Origin: Acidimicrobiales bacterium
GTDB lineage: Bacteria > Actinomycetota > Acidimicrobiia > Acidimicrobiales > Aldehydirespiratoraceae
Direction: 5' to 3'
DNA length: 64,000 nucleotides
Assembly (NCBI GenBank): GCA_029247365.1
Contig: JAQWLJ010000021.1
Location: 547-64,546 of the forward strand
Below, piece by piece: positions 39,564 to 49,727 of this stretch. The notes under the pieces are model-generated. The model did no database searches, had not been told where the DNA came from, and saw nothing but the letters and a program-made list of their open reading frames with translations. Numbering within the stretch: the first letter of the stretch is position 1; each line of letters opens with the position of its first letter. A program made the position numbers and the translations under genes.

Positions 39564-40706
39564 TCAGGTTCGGACCCAGCGTGCAAGCACCATCCCGTCG
39601 GCTTCCGGCCCGGGAACGAGCACGTTCGTGCCGGACCCGAACTGCTCCCACGCACCGGGTGGTGCGTCGATAGCGGTGAAGCCAAGTTCACCCAGCACTG
39701 ACGACGTCTCGGCGACCACCGCTGTCGACTCCGCACGAGTAAGCGTGCAGACGCTATAGACGAGCGTTCCACCGAGCTTCACCAGCGGAGCGGCCGTAGC
39801 GAGTAGTGAACCCTGCAGCGATGCCAATTCATCAATGTCGCCGACCGTGATCCGCCATCGGGCATCAGGGCGGCGGCGAAGGGCGCCGAGACCAGAGCAC
39901 GGGGCATCGACAAGTACCGCGTCAAAGGCTGCGGGGGCGAACGGTGGCGAGTTGGCGTCGCCCTGAAACACGTGCAGATCATCGAGCCCGAGGCGCTCTT
40001 TGTTCGTGACGACGAGGCCGACACGGGAGCGTCGCTGATCACCGGCGATGACTCGAGCGCCGCGCGATGCGAGTGCTGTGGCCTTGCCGCCCGGAGCAGC
40101 GCACAGGTCGAGGACCAGATCGCCGACCTGGGCAGGGACCGCTGCGGCGACGAGCTGCGAACTCGGATCCTGGATGTACCCGTCGTCACGGGTGTGGACA
40201 GACGCTGACTCGTTCATGCTCGCAAGGCAGGCGGCCGCGCGCTCCGGCCCGAGGTCAGCGCTCAACCGCTCGACGATCCAGTCGGGATAGCTCAACTCGA
40301 TACCGCTCGATGGGAAGGTCACACCCTCCTTCACAGAGGCAGAGACCTTCCGAAGTACTGCGTTGACGAGACCGCGAAACCGCTTTGGCGCAGCGTCGAC
40401 CGTCGCCGAGACAGCGGCATGAGGCGGCGTATCGAGATGCAACAGCTGATGGGCTCCGATACGCAGAGCGGCCCGAGCCGATGGGGGCGGCGGTTCGAGC
40501 AGGAACCGATCGACGAGGTGATCTAGCTTTCGGCGCATACGGGTCGAGCCGTACACAAGCTCGGTGGCAAACCCCCGGTCGCGACGGTCGAGTGTGGTCT
40601 CGCCCAGCATTCTGGGCAACAGCACGTTGGCGAAGGCCCCGTCTTCGTCAATGCGGACGATGGCGGCGATTGCGACGCGGCGGGGATCGTCGGTCGGTTC
40701 GCTCAC
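39564..40706 (-). CDS. rsmB: 16S rRNA (cytosine-C5)-methyltransferase RsmB/Sun
   Basis: NusB-like N-domain. SAM motif DLCAAPGGKATAL and catalytic VLVDAPCSGLGALRRRPD / YSVCTL. GTG 40706 overlaps the fmt stop. Confidence 0.9.
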   Translation of the reverse strand: MSEPTDDPRRVAIAAIVRIDEDGAFANVLLPRMLGETTLDRRDRGFATELVYGSTRMRRKLDHLVDRFLLEPPPPSARAALRIGAHQLLHLDTPPHAAVSATVDAAPKRFRGLVNAVLRKVSASVKEGVTFPSSGIELSYPDWIVERLSADLGPERAAACLASMNESASVHTRDDGYIQDPSSQLVAAAVPAQVGDLVLDLCAAPGGKATALASRGARVIAGDQRRSRVGLVVTNKERLGLDDLHVFQGDANSPPFAPAAFDAVLVDAPCSGLGALRRRPDARWRITVGDIDELASLQGSLLATAAPLVKLGGTLVYSVCTLTRAESTAVVAETSSVLGELGFTAIDAPPGAWEQFGSGTNVLVPGPEADGMVLARWVRT

Positions 40707-41581
40707 GAACCGAACCGTTGATCGCTGGTCCAGCGCGCGCCGTTGGCCCATGCGGTGGCGTCCATGCGGGACTTGCCTTCCGGCTGGACTTCAAGCAACT
40801 CGAGGTCGCCGTGGCACGTCGAGACCACAACCTCGCCACCGCTCTCTGCGAGCCGGGTCCGATGAACCTTGAACCTTTTGCCCTGCCAGGTGGTGAACGC
40901 GCCCCCGACGCGCACCCGTCGATGGATCGCGACCGCCGGCTCTCCCCAGTCGATCTTGCACTCGTCGGCGGTGATCTTGCGGGCATACACGGGGTCGCCC
41001 TCCTGCGGTGTGGCTTCTCCAAGCCCACCGTCGAGTGCGTCGACGAGTTGGCGCGTGCCGATCTCAACCAGCCGACCCCGCAGCTCATTGAGCGTCTCGT
41101 CGGGGCCGATCGGGGTTTCGGTCCGCCGGTAGACGGCGCCGGTGTCGAGTTCGACATCGAGATCCATCAGACAGACCCCGGTCGTCTCGTCACCAGCAAG
41201 GATCGCCCGTTCGACCGGTGCGGCGCCTCGCCAGCGCGGGAGGAGCGAGAAGTGGATGTTGACGAAGGCAAGCCGGTCGAGCAGCGACGCCGGAATGATG
41301 CGGCCGTATGCGACGACCACGGCAAGATCGATCGCTCCACCGTCGATCAGGGGATCGAGGTCTGCCAGGTCGGCGGTCACGGAAAGACCGAGGTTGAGCG
41401 CCGCCGTCTTGACCGGCGACGGCATCAGGTTCTTGCCGCGGCCACGACGACGATCTGGCATCGACACCACGAGCGGCACCTCGTAACCGGCCCCAGCAAG
41501 GGCATGCAGGCACGGAACCGCAAGGCCAGGAGTACCGAGATAGGCGATCCGCCGGATCGTCTCCGGCGGGGTGATACTCAC
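40703..41581 (-). CDS. fmt: methionyl-tRNA formyltransferase
   Basis: IAYLGTP N-terminus; NIHFSLLPRWRGAAPVERAI. Confidence 0.95.
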   Translation of the reverse strand: MSITPPETIRRIAYLGTPGLAVPCLHALAGAGYEVPLVVSMPDRRRGRGKNLMPSPVKTAALNLGLSVTADLADLDPLIDGGAIDLAVVVAYGRIIPASLLDRLAFVNIHFSLLPRWRGAAPVERAILAGDETTGVCLMDLDVELDTGAVYRRTETPIGPDETLNELRGRLVEIGTRQLVDALDGGLGEATPQEGDPVYARKITADECKIDWGEPAVAIHRRVRVGGAFTTWQGKRFKVHRTRLAESGGEVVVSTCHGDLELLEVQPEGKSRMDATAWANGARWTSDQRFGS

Positions 41582-42105
41582 GGGAGCGTCAAGCCGCCCG
41601 TCGCGGGCTTCTCGGGACGCCCGATCTGCAGTTCGCGGAGGGTCTTCAAGGCGGCCTTCCGGGTGTCATCGTCGAGGCGCTCGATCAGCAGCGTGCCGTC
41701 GAGATGATCCATCTCGTGCTGGAACATGCGCGATTCGAGTTCATCGGCCTCGTACTCGATCTCGTTGCCATCGAGATCGCGTCCCACGATGTGGATGGTC
41801 TTGGGACGCACGATCTCCCACGAGAGACCGGGGACCGACAGGCAGCCCTCTTCGAAGACCCACTCACCGTCGGACGCACGGACCTCGGGATTGATCATCG
41901 CGAAGGGTCCCTCCCCGAGATCCCACACGAACAAGCGCTTATTGACACCAACCTGGGGTGCGGCAAGACCAATTCCGGGCGCGGCATACATCGTCTCGAG
42001 CATGTCGTCGACCAGTCGGACCAGCTTGTCGTCGACGTCGGTGATCTCCTTCGCCTTCTGGCGGAGCACCGGATCGCCGATGACGCGGATATCGAACGCA
42101 GCCAT
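41578..42105 (-). CDS. def: peptide deformylase
   Basis: ORF trimmed to ATG 42105 (MAAFDIRVIGDPVL). Motifs GIGLAAPQ, EGCLSVPG, QHEMDHLDG. Confidence 0.95.
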   Translation of the reverse strand: MAAFDIRVIGDPVLRQKAKEITDVDDKLVRLVDDMLETMYAAPGIGLAAPQVGVNKRLFVWDLGEGPFAMINPEVRASDGEWVFEEGCLSVPGLSWEIVRPKTIHIVGRDLDGNEIEYEADELESRMFQHEMDHLDGTLLIERLDDDTRKAALKTLRELQIGRPEKPATGGLTLP

Positions 42106-42145
42106 GGTCTCAGGGTAGCGATCCAGGCCCGCTACCGTCGAACAG

Positions 42146-42754
42146 GTGAGCAGTGGCCAGTACTTCGATGACGACCCGGCGGTTGGGTCCGATCCGCGAC
42201 CCATCGAGGTCGCGCTCCCCGATGTCGCGTTCACCCTGACCGCCGACCGGGGCGTGTTCTCAGCCGACCACCTCGATGCCGGCTCGAAGCTGCTGCTCAT
42301 GGAGGCACCGGCGCTCAGCGCGGCCGACAAGACGGTGCTCGACCTCGGTTGCGGCTGGGGGCCGATCGCGTGCGTTTCGGCCGCCCGGGCGCCGCAGGCA
42401 GTCGTATGGGCGGTCGACATCAACGAACGAGCGCGAAGGCTCACCGCTGCCAACGCCGCCACCATCGGCGCGGCAAACCGGATTCACGTAGCCGATCCTG
42501 ATGGCGTCCCCACCGACGTGCGCTTCGACCGCATCTTGTCGAACCCGCCGATCCGAATCGGTAAACAGGCGCTCCACGAGCTGCTGACCCGTTGGCTTCC
42601 CCGACTGACGCCAAGCGGGCAGGCGCATCTCGTTGTGCAGAAACACCTCGGGAGTGATTCGCTCGCCGATTGGCTGCGAACCGAGGGCTACGACGTCGAC
42701 CGAATCACGAGCCGCGCCGGGTTCCGTATCCTCGAAGTTCGACGGAGAGGATGA
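42146..42754 (+). CDS. class I SAM-dependent methyltransferase (RsmC/RlmG small-domain type)
   Basis: VLDLGCGWGPIA (motif I) and ILSNPPIRIGK (NPPF-like motif IV). Confidence 0.8.
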   Translation: MSSGQYFDDDPAVGSDPRPIEVALPDVAFTLTADRGVFSADHLDAGSKLLLMEAPALSAADKTVLDLGCGWGPIACVSAARAPQAVVWAVDINERARRLTAANAATIGAANRIHVADPDGVPTDVRFDRILSNPPIRIGKQALHELLTRWLPRLTPSGQAHLVVQKHLGSDSLADWLRTEGYDVDRITSRAGFRILEVRRRG

Positions 42755-43281
42755 CAATGGGCCAACTCGACGGCACCGGCATGAAACGGCTCCATCGCGA
42801 GTGGCGCCGTCGCACCGAGGGTCGCCTCGCGCTCGTGCTCGACAATGTGGCTAACCCATTCAATGTCGGCTCGATCGTGCGCACCGCAGCGGCGGAACGG
42901 GTCGACCACGTATATTTGGGCGGTGGCACGCTGCCCAGTCATGACAAGGTCAACAAGACCGCACTCGGCACCGCCCGCTACCTAACGTGGACAGAGTTCG
43001 AATCGGGTGTCCCTGCGGTCGAAGCGGCCCGCGCCGACGGCTACCAGATTGTCGCCATAGAACTGACCGACACCGCCCAACCACTCCACGACGTCTCGAT
43101 GGAAACCGACGTGGCACTGGTGATCGGGCATGAGGATCGGGGCTGCACTCCAGCGACACTCGCCGTGTGCGATGCGGTTGGGTTCATTCCCCAGCTCGGC
43201 AAGGTCGGCAGCCTCAATGTCGCTGCCGCCACAGCGATCGCGATCTATGAAACCCGACGGAGAAGCTGGAGCGGTTCGTGA
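42751..43281 (+). CDS. TrmH/SpoU-family RNA methyltransferase
   Basis: LDNVANPFNVGSIVRTAAA, LVIGHEDRG, GKVGSLNVAAATAIAIYE. ATG overlaps the upstream stop (ATGA). Confidence 0.8.
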   Translation: MTMGQLDGTGMKRLHREWRRRTEGRLALVLDNVANPFNVGSIVRTAAAERVDHVYLGGGTLPSHDKVNKTALGTARYLTWTEFESGVPAVEAARADGYQIVAIELTDTAQPLHDVSMETDVALVIGHEDRGCTPATLAVCDAVGFIPQLGKVGSLNVAAATAIAIYETRRRSWSGS

Positions 43282-43982
43282 ATGCAGTCGACGACATCGT
43301 CATGCTGCGCAACGAACAGGGCCGGTCGTCCGCCTCAATCGACTGGGACCGGGTCCTCACCATCAATTACCGGTCCTACGTCTATCCCGACGCGCTCGTC
43401 GTCGATGCCGGCGCCGGCGAAGCGCTGCAAAGCCGTCGCCTTCGTCGATACGCCCGGCCATCTCAGTTGTTTCTCGTCGAATCCGACCCAAAAGCCGCGG
43501 CAAAGCTGCGGTTCCAGTGGGCACGTAAGCGGGGGATCACCGTCGTGCAAGTTGCCCTCGGCGCCGAGACGGTGGAGGGCGAGGACGTCGATATCGACCG
43601 ACTCGACGACTGGACGTTGCCCGGACCACTCTCGTTCCTTCGCGTTGGCAGGGGGAACGGGCCAGACGGTGTGCTCGCTGGCGCGGCCAACATCATCGAC
43701 CGCGACCGCCCCACAATCGGGCTCGAGGGTTTCCCGAAGCCGGCCACCCTCACAACGGTCGCAACCCGCCACGACCTCTCAGTTGTCGATCTGCTTGGCA
43801 ACGTCGTGAAAGCCGAGGATGCACCCGACGTGTTCGCTTACCAACCTGGGGCGATCCTGCTTCCAACCGAGCGGGTAGAGCAACGAGGGCCAGACCAGGC
43901 GATCCTGCGCGCCGATGTCCTTCGATCGATCGGGACCTATCGACCCTCGCTCGAGCGCATCAAGCGTTGGTTCGGCGTCTAA
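43278..43982 (+). CDS. FkbM-like methyltransferase-fold protein
   Basis: VVDAGAGEA (motif I-like), LFLVESDP, and LSFLRVGRGNGPDGVLAGA in the place of the FkbM KIDVEGxE block. GTG overlaps the upstream stop. Confidence 0.45.
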   Translation: MNAVDDIVMLRNEQGRSSASIDWDRVLTINYRSYVYPDALVVDAGAGEALQSRRLRRYARPSQLFLVESDPKAAAKLRFQWARKRGITVVQVALGAETVEGEDVDIDRLDDWTLPGPLSFLRVGRGNGPDGVLAGAANIIDRDRPTIGLEGFPKPATLTTVATRHDLSVVDLLGNVVKAEDAPDVFAYQPGAILLPTERVEQRGPDQAILRADVLRSIGTYRPSLERIKRWFGV

Positions 43983-44539
43983 CCCGACACCGTCTCCGTC
44001 GCCCGACATACATCGACAATTTCGTCGATCAACCGGGTGTCGCCACCCGGGCTGAGCGCCAGTCCGCACTCGACGTAGAAATCGCGACCGTCGTCAAACG
44101 CCGCCACGAACACAATTGCACCACCGGCCGACGTTCGGGTGACCATCGTCCGGTAATCAGCTCCGGTCTCGTCCTCGATGATCTGCAGTTCTGAGTCTGG
44201 TGCCAATGCCTGGATGAATGTAGGCAAGGTGACGGCCACCTTGAGCCACTCGTCAAGCGATCGCTTCTCGCAACCATCCGGACCACAGGAACGGGCCACC
44301 GTCCATCGGTCGAAGACCTCAGCCAAACCGGTAGGCGGGTGGAACTGGAAGCCGAACTGCTCGCTGCGTTCCCAACCGTCAGGTACTTCGGTGACGAGAC
44401 CTTCTTCGGTGATGACCGAAGCGAGGGGCGGACCTTCGCCAGGCGCAGTGACCACAAGCACGAAACCGACAATGCCCAGCAGCAACAGGCCGATGAGAGC
44501 GAGGCGTTGGCGACGCAACGGGGAGGACATGGCGCTCAT
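43979..44539 (-). CDS. hypothetical secreted/membrane-anchored protein
   Basis: N-terminal RRQRLALIGLLLLGIVGFVLVV anchor. ATG 44539 overlaps the priA stop (ATGA). No family recognised. Confidence 0.5.
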   Translation of the reverse strand: MSAMSSPLRRQRLALIGLLLLGIVGFVLVVTAPGEGPPLASVITEEGLVTEVPDGWERSEQFGFQFHPPTGLAEVFDRWTVARSCGPDGCEKRSLDEWLKVAVTLPTFIQALAPDSELQIIEDETGADYRTMVTRTSAGGAIVFVAAFDDGRDFYVECGLALSPGGDTRLIDEIVDVCRATETVSG

Positions 44540-46323
44540 ATTCGCAGCGGATCGACTTCGACCCGTACGCGGGCGGCAGGCCGGGGTATCTCGGCAAGCC
44601 GATCGAGGACCGGTTCGAGCCTTGCCGCCCGGATCAACCACCGCTCCTCGACCGGTCCGCGTAGCTGCACACCGTCAACAGTCCCGAACGCGTCGACCAA
44701 TTCGGCCGCTCCTGCGCCGCTCAGCGCCACCTGGGTGCCGTACGGCGGGAGCGCCAACGCCTGGCGACGGTTTCGTTCTGCGATCGCGACGATCGCTGGG
44801 TCTCCCTTGCGGGCCGCAGCAATGACCTCGTGATCGGGTTGGCGGGTCTGCACGACGATGCGCCCTCCCCTACTGCGACCCCCAGTGAGTCGCGCGGCGT
44901 GGGCCAGCATCGAAAAGGCCTGCTCCGCAGCCCGCTGCCGCACCGCGAGTAGCTCCTGGTCGAGGTCGAGGAAAGCGACAACGTCGGCATGGGCCACCCG
45001 GTGCAGCACCGCCTCGGTGCCGATGACGACGCGGGTGCTGGGATCACCCTCGCTGGTTGCCGTCACTTCGTCGACCGGTTCGCCGATCAGTGCAGCGAGT
45101 TCCTCGCCAGCCCGTTCGACGCCGACCCGCAGGGTCTTGAGGCTGGTCGAGCCGCAGATGCACACGACAGGGCGGCGCTCTGCGCCGTTGGTGCTGACGA
45201 GCTCATCGCCGTCAAGACGCATGATCGAGGAGCCGTCCTCGGTCCGCACAAGCTCACCACACGCGCCGCAGGCCAGGAGGCGGGCGCGTCCCGTACGGTT
45301 GAGCACACACACGATCCGCTTGTCGTCGGGTAGATGTAGCCGGAGCCGCTCCGCGAACGGGCCCGCTTTTACCGGGTCGTCATCGCGCCGATCGAGCACG
45401 TCGACGATCGGCCAGTCGTCACGTTCGCGGGAGCGCTCGCGTCGCAACAGGGGCCCAGCTCGCAGCGCCTCGAGTGAGGGCGCCGGAGAGATGAGGACGG
45501 CGGGGACGGCAGCCCGACGGGCCCGCTCGAGGACGACGTCGCGTGCGTGCCAAGCCGGTGTCCGCTCTTCCTTGAGCCGCTCGTCGTGCTCGTCGATCAC
45601 GACGACCGCAGCCAGCTCGGGCATCGGCATCCACGCCGCCGACCGAGTCCCGACGACCGTAGCCCCACCTGCGGCGACTGCCCAGTCGTCGGGAGCGAGC
45701 GCCACCGTGATACCGGCGCGACGAAGCGCAACGGCCAGGTGACGAGCTCGGCGGGCATCAGCGGCGACAATCAACGCATCGCCGCGCCGACATGCCGCAA
45801 GCGCGACCTCAAAGCCATCGTCAGCTGGGGCCACCCGAATGGTGGCGATGCCGTGGTCGAACGCCTCGTCGAAGACATCTCGCGGGCCAGCAGGGACCAT
45901 CGGCGGCGGGCGCCGACGAGGTGCTGCGGCAACCATCCGCTCCGGCGACGCGGCGCGAAGGAACGGAACCCTTCGACCGGCCCAGCGCCACGAGGCCCAT
46001 CCGGCCAGGTCGATCAACTCCCTCGACGGACCCATCCCCGAGAGCTTCGCCAGCGGCACCAGTCGCACCCCGACAGTCGGCTCAACATCGACTGCGGTGA
46101 CCCAGCCTGCGACTCGCCGGCCCGACAGTTGAACTCGGACCATCGTGCCTACGTCGAGCCGTTCCGCCCGCCCGTCGTCCTCCCACGCACGCGGCACGAC
46201 ATAGTCAAACTCGCGATCGATGCCAACGACGTCGGGCAGCACGCGGACCACCCGCCCCGCAGGGCGACTCGTCTCACCGATGTGATCGGACCCGGCGGGC
46301 GGACCGCCCTCGCCGAGCTCCAA
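44536..46323 (-). CDS. priA: primosomal protein N' (PriA), actinobacterial type without Walker A
   Basis: N-terminal VVRVLPDVVGIDREFDYVVP. Motif II-like VVVIDEHDERLKEE..WHARDV. Cys cluster CGACG...CICG. The start (TTG 46323) is uncertain. Confidence 0.85.
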   Translation of the reverse strand: MELGEGGPPAGSDHIGETSRPAGRVVRVLPDVVGIDREFDYVVPRAWEDDGRAERLDVGTMVRVQLSGRRVAGWVTAVDVEPTVGVRLVPLAKLSGMGPSRELIDLAGWASWRWAGRRVPFLRAASPERMVAAAPRRRPPPMVPAGPRDVFDEAFDHGIATIRVAPADDGFEVALAACRRGDALIVAADARRARHLAVALRRAGITVALAPDDWAVAAGGATVVGTRSAAWMPMPELAAVVVIDEHDERLKEERTPAWHARDVVLERARRAAVPAVLISPAPSLEALRAGPLLRRERSRERDDWPIVDVLDRRDDDPVKAGPFAERLRLHLPDDKRIVCVLNRTGRARLLACGACGELVRTEDGSSIMRLDGDELVSTNGAERRPVVCICGSTSLKTLRVGVERAGEELAALIGEPVDEVTATSEGDPSTRVVIGTEAVLHRVAHADVVAFLDLDQELLAVRQRAAEQAFSMLAHAARLTGGRSRGGRIVVQTRQPDHEVIAAARKGDPAIVAIAERNRRQALALPPYGTQVALSGAGAAELVDAFGTVDGVQLRGPVEERWLIRAARLEPVLDRLAEIPRPAARVRVEVDPLRI

Positions 46324-46343
46324 GCGGCCCTGGTCGGGATCGC

Positions 46344-47546
46344 TCAGAGGCCCAGCGCCGACTTCAGATCATCGACGCGATCAGTCTTCTCCCAAGGGAA
46401 CAGACCGTCAGTGGCCTCGCGGCCGAAGTGGCCATAGGCAGCGGACTTGCGGTAGATAGGCCGACGCAGATCCAGATCGCGCAGGATCGCACCGGGGCGG
46501 AGGTCGAAGACCTCGTCGACGGCCTTTTCGATGGCCGCCTTCTCAACCGTTTCGGTACCGAACGTCTCGACGAGAACCGACATGGGACGGGCCATGCCAA
46601 TGGCATAGGCGACCTGTATTTCGCAGCGGCTTGCCGCGCCGGCGGCGACGAGGTTCTTTGCGACCCAACGGGTTGCGTACGCGGCGGAACGGTCGACCTT
46701 CGATGGATCCTTGCCCGAGAAGGCGCCACCACCGTGTCTGGCCATGCCGCCATAGGTATCGACGATGATTTTGCGACCTGTGAGGCCGGCATCGCCGACC
46801 GGACCACCGATCACGAAGCGGCCCGTCGGATTGACGTGCACGTCGTAGTCGTCATCGGCGAACTGTGCGGGGATCACCGGACGGATCACGTGTTCGATGA
46901 GGTCGGGGCGGATCATCGAGTCGCGGTCGATGCCGTCATTGTGTTGGGTGGAAACCAGCACAGTCTTGAGCTTGACCGGCCGATTGTCCTCGTACTCGAA
47001 GGTGACCTGCGTTTTCGCGTCGGGGCGCAGGTAAGGGATCGTCCCAGCCTTGCGGACCTCGGCATGCTTCTCGGCCATGCGGTGCGCAAGATGGATCGGC
47101 AGCGGCATCAGCACGTCGGTCTCGTCGCACGCATAGCCGAACATCATCCCCTGGTCGCCGGCGCCCTGCTTTTCGAACTCGTCTTCTTCGCCGGCAGTAC
47201 CGGAGCGGACCTCTTCGGAGGCGGTGACTCCCTGGGAAATGTCGGGCGACTGCTCGTCGAGCGTGACCATGACACCGCAGGTGTTGCCGTCGTAGCCGAA
47301 GGCCTCGTTGTCGTACCCAATCTCCTTGATCGTTCGCCGAACGGTGCCAGCAATGTCGACGTAGGCCTCGGTGGTGATCTCGCCGGCGATGACGGCAAGC
47401 CCTGTCGTGACGAGCGTCTCGCAAGCCACCCGACTCATCGGGTCCTGGGCGAGCATCTCGTCGAGGATGGCATCGGAGATCTGGTCGGCCATCTTGTCTG
47501 GATGGCCCTCCGAGACACTCTCCGAGGTGAAGGTCCAACGGGTCAC
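46344..47546 (-). CDS. metK: S-adenosylmethionine synthetase
   Basis: [41 protein letters not shown]. Confidence 0.97.
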   Translation of the reverse strand: MTRWTFTSESVSEGHPDKMADQISDAILDEMLAQDPMSRVACETLVTTGLAVIAGEITTEAYVDIAGTVRRTIKEIGYDNEAFGYDGNTCGVMVTLDEQSPDISQGVTASEEVRSGTAGEEDEFEKQGAGDQGMMFGYACDETDVLMPLPIHLAHRMAEKHAEVRKAGTIPYLRPDAKTQVTFEYEDNRPVKLKTVLVSTQHNDGIDRDSMIRPDLIEHVIRPVIPAQFADDDYDVHVNPTGRFVIGGPVGDAGLTGRKIIVDTYGGMARHGGGAFSGKDPSKVDRSAAYATRWVAKNLVAAGAASRCEIQVAYAIGMARPMSVLVETFGTETVEKAAIEKAVDEVFDLRPGAILRDLDLRRPIYRKSAAYGHFGREATDGLFPWEKTDRVDDLKSALGL

Positions 47547-47565
47547 TTGTGGGCTCCTGGGGTGA

Positions 47566-48759
47566 TTAGCCGAGCTTGTTCGCTGCGGTGTCTAGCACGA
47601 GTCGTGCAACATCGCGCTTGTCGGTGAGGGGGACATCTTGGCAACTGCCGTCAGCCTGGATGATGACGACCTCGTTCGTTTCGTGGGCAAAGCCGACGCC
47701 TGGTTGCGAAACGTCATTCGCGACGATTATGTCGAGCTTCTTGCGCTCGAGTTTGCCCTGTGCGTTACCGAGTAGATCGTGGGTCTCGGCGGCAAAACCG
47801 ATCAGGACTTGACCACCGGGCTTCTTTTCTCCGAGGTCGATGAGGAAGTCGTGCGTCTTCTCGAGCGCGATGTGCGGCGCTGCGCCGTCAGTCTTCTTGA
47901 TCTTGTGATCAGCCGGGTCGGCAGGACGGAAGTCAGCAACCGCAGCGGCCATCACAATGATGTCGGCGTCGTCGACCGCCTCGACCGCTCGCTGCATGTC
48001 GGCTGCGGTCTGCACATCGACCCGGTGAGCACCGACCGGTTCGGGAGTTTCGACCGTGGTCACCAGGGTGACTTTGGCTCCGCGACCCCACGCCTCTTCG
48101 GCAAAGGCATAGCCCTGCTTCCCGGTGGAGCGGTTGCTAATCACGCGGACCGGATCGATGGGCTCACGGGTTCCGCCGGCAGTGATGAGCACGTGACGGC
48201 CGGCGAGGTCTTGTTGGGTGAGTGCGCGCTCGACGTAGGCGATCACCGTCGCAGGATCGGCCAGCCGGCCGTGACCCATGTCACCACCGGCGAGACGGCC
48301 ACTCTCTGGTGGCACGATCATCACGCCGCGCTGCTCGAGCACGCCGATATTTTCCTGCACCGCAGGCTGATCCCACATCTCGGTGTGCATCGCCGGGCAC
48401 ACCACAACCGGGGCACGGGTCGCCAGGATCGTCCCCATGAGGAGGTCGGCCGAGCGACCGGTCCGCATGTCGGAGATGATCCGAGCCGTCGCCGGGCACA
48501 CGAGGATGAGGTCAGCAGCCTGTCCCATCTTCGTGTGGGGAATCGGAGTCTTTGGATCATGAAACAGCGAGGTCCGGGCTGGCTCACTGGCCAGTGCAGA
48601 GAAGGTGGTGGCGCCGACCATCTCGAGCGCACCGTCGGTCATGACCGGCTGCACGTGCGCGCCGGCATCAACCAGACGACGGCAAACCTCGACCGCCTTG
48701 TATGCCGCGATGCCACCGGTAACACCGAGCACGATGCGCTTACCGGTGAGCGTTCCCAT
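47566..48759 (-). CDS. coaBC: bifunctional phosphopantothenoylcysteine decarboxylase / phosphopantothenate-cysteine ligase
   Basis: ORF trimmed to ATG 48759 ([21 protein letters not shown]). PAMHTEMW and [10 protein letters not shown]. Confidence 0.93.
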   Translation of the reverse strand: MGTLTGKRIVLGVTGGIAAYKAVEVCRRLVDAGAHVQPVMTDGALEMVGATTFSALASEPARTSLFHDPKTPIPHTKMGQAADLILVCPATARIISDMRTGRSADLLMGTILATRAPVVVCPAMHTEMWDQPAVQENIGVLEQRGVMIVPPESGRLAGGDMGHGRLADPATVIAYVERALTQQDLAGRHVLITAGGTREPIDPVRVISNRSTGKQGYAFAEEAWGRGAKVTLVTTVETPEPVGAHRVDVQTAADMQRAVEAVDDADIIVMAAAVADFRPADPADHKIKKTDGAAPHIALEKTHDFLIDLGEKKPGGQVLIGFAAETHDLLGNAQGKLERKKLDIIVANDVSQPGVGFAHETNEVVIIQADGSCQDVPLTDKRDVARLVLDTAANKLG

Positions 48760-48772
48760 CAGAACGAGTAGA

Positions 48773-49099
48773 TCAGGCGGAGTCGTCGCCGAGCTCGGCC
48801 GCCGCAGCAGCCTCCGCAGCGGCGAGCAACGCAGCCTCGGCCTCAGCCTCAGGATCAATCTCGATGGAGATGATCTTCTCGGCTGCGATCTCTTCGAAGG
48901 CAATCGACAGCGGCTTCGCAGCGGTGCTGGTGACCTGCGGCGGAACGTCAGAGCCCGCACCCTGGCCGAGCGCACCGAGGTAGCTGGTGATCTCTCGAGA
49001 GCGCATCGCCGAAAGCGACACGAGGCGGAACTTCGAACCGGTCTCCTCGAGGAGCTCCTCGACCGAGGGGTTCATCATGGTGTCGTAACCGTGGGCCAT
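48773..49099 (-). CDS. rpoZ: DNA-directed RNA polymerase subunit omega
   Basis: NPSVEELLEETGSKFRLVSLSAMRSREI, plus an acidic/Ala-rich tail. Confidence 0.9.
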   Translation of the reverse strand: MAHGYDTMMNPSVEELLEETGSKFRLVSLSAMRSREITSYLGALGQGAGSDVPPQVTSTAAKPLSIAFEEIAAEKIISIEIDPEAEAEAALLAAAEAAAAAELGDDSA

Positions 49100-49147
49100 C
49101 AGGTTCTCCGTTGCGCTCGGGCTTGCTTCAGCCGAGCCCTCAGGTTA

Positions 49148-49726
49148 TCAGCCGTGCTCCTGGGATCGACGCGACCGGCGCCCATCATCGATCAGCTGCC
49201 GGATCTCAGAGATCGCCCGCTCGAGATCGTCGTTGACGACGAACTGCATACCGAGCTCGCTGGCCACTGCGGTCTCCTCTGCGGCCTTCGCAAGGCGGGC
49301 CTGGACCTTTTCCTCGGGATCGCCCCTCCCCCGCAGCCGCAACTCTTGGGCAGCATCAGAGGGGGCGACAACAAAAAGCAGCATCGCATCGTCGTAGCGC
49401 TCGCTGATCTGACCGGCGCCGTGGACGTCGATCTCGAACACAACATCGTGCCCGAGTGGCGGTGTCGGCACGGGCGTGCCTTGCAGATAGTCGAGGAACT
49501 CGACCCACTCCACGAATCCACCGGCCTCGACATGGGCGAGAAACCGAGCGCGATCGGTGAAGTGATACGCCTCCATCGCCTCGCCGGGTCGACGAGCCCG
49601 GGTGGTCCAGCTACGAGAGAGCCACAGAGTTGGATCACGGTCGAGAAGTCGGGACACGATCGTTCCCTTGCCGACCCCACCAGGGCCGGAGATCACGATG
49701 ATCTGTCGATCGCCGAGATCAGTCAT
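49148..49726 (-). CDS. gmk: guanylate kinase
   Basis: ORF trimmed to ATG 49726. P-loop VISGPGGVGKGT and SWTTRARRPGE. Confidence 0.93.
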   Translation of the reverse strand: MTDLGDRQIIVISGPGGVGKGTIVSRLLDRDPTLWLSRSWTTRARRPGEAMEAYHFTDRARFLAHVEAGGFVEWVEFLDYLQGTPVPTPPLGHDVVFEIDVHGAGQISERYDDAMLLFVVAPSDAAQELRLRGRGDPEEKVQARLAKAAEETAVASELGMQFVVNDDLERAISEIRQLIDDGRRSRRSQEHG

Positions 49727-49727
49727 G

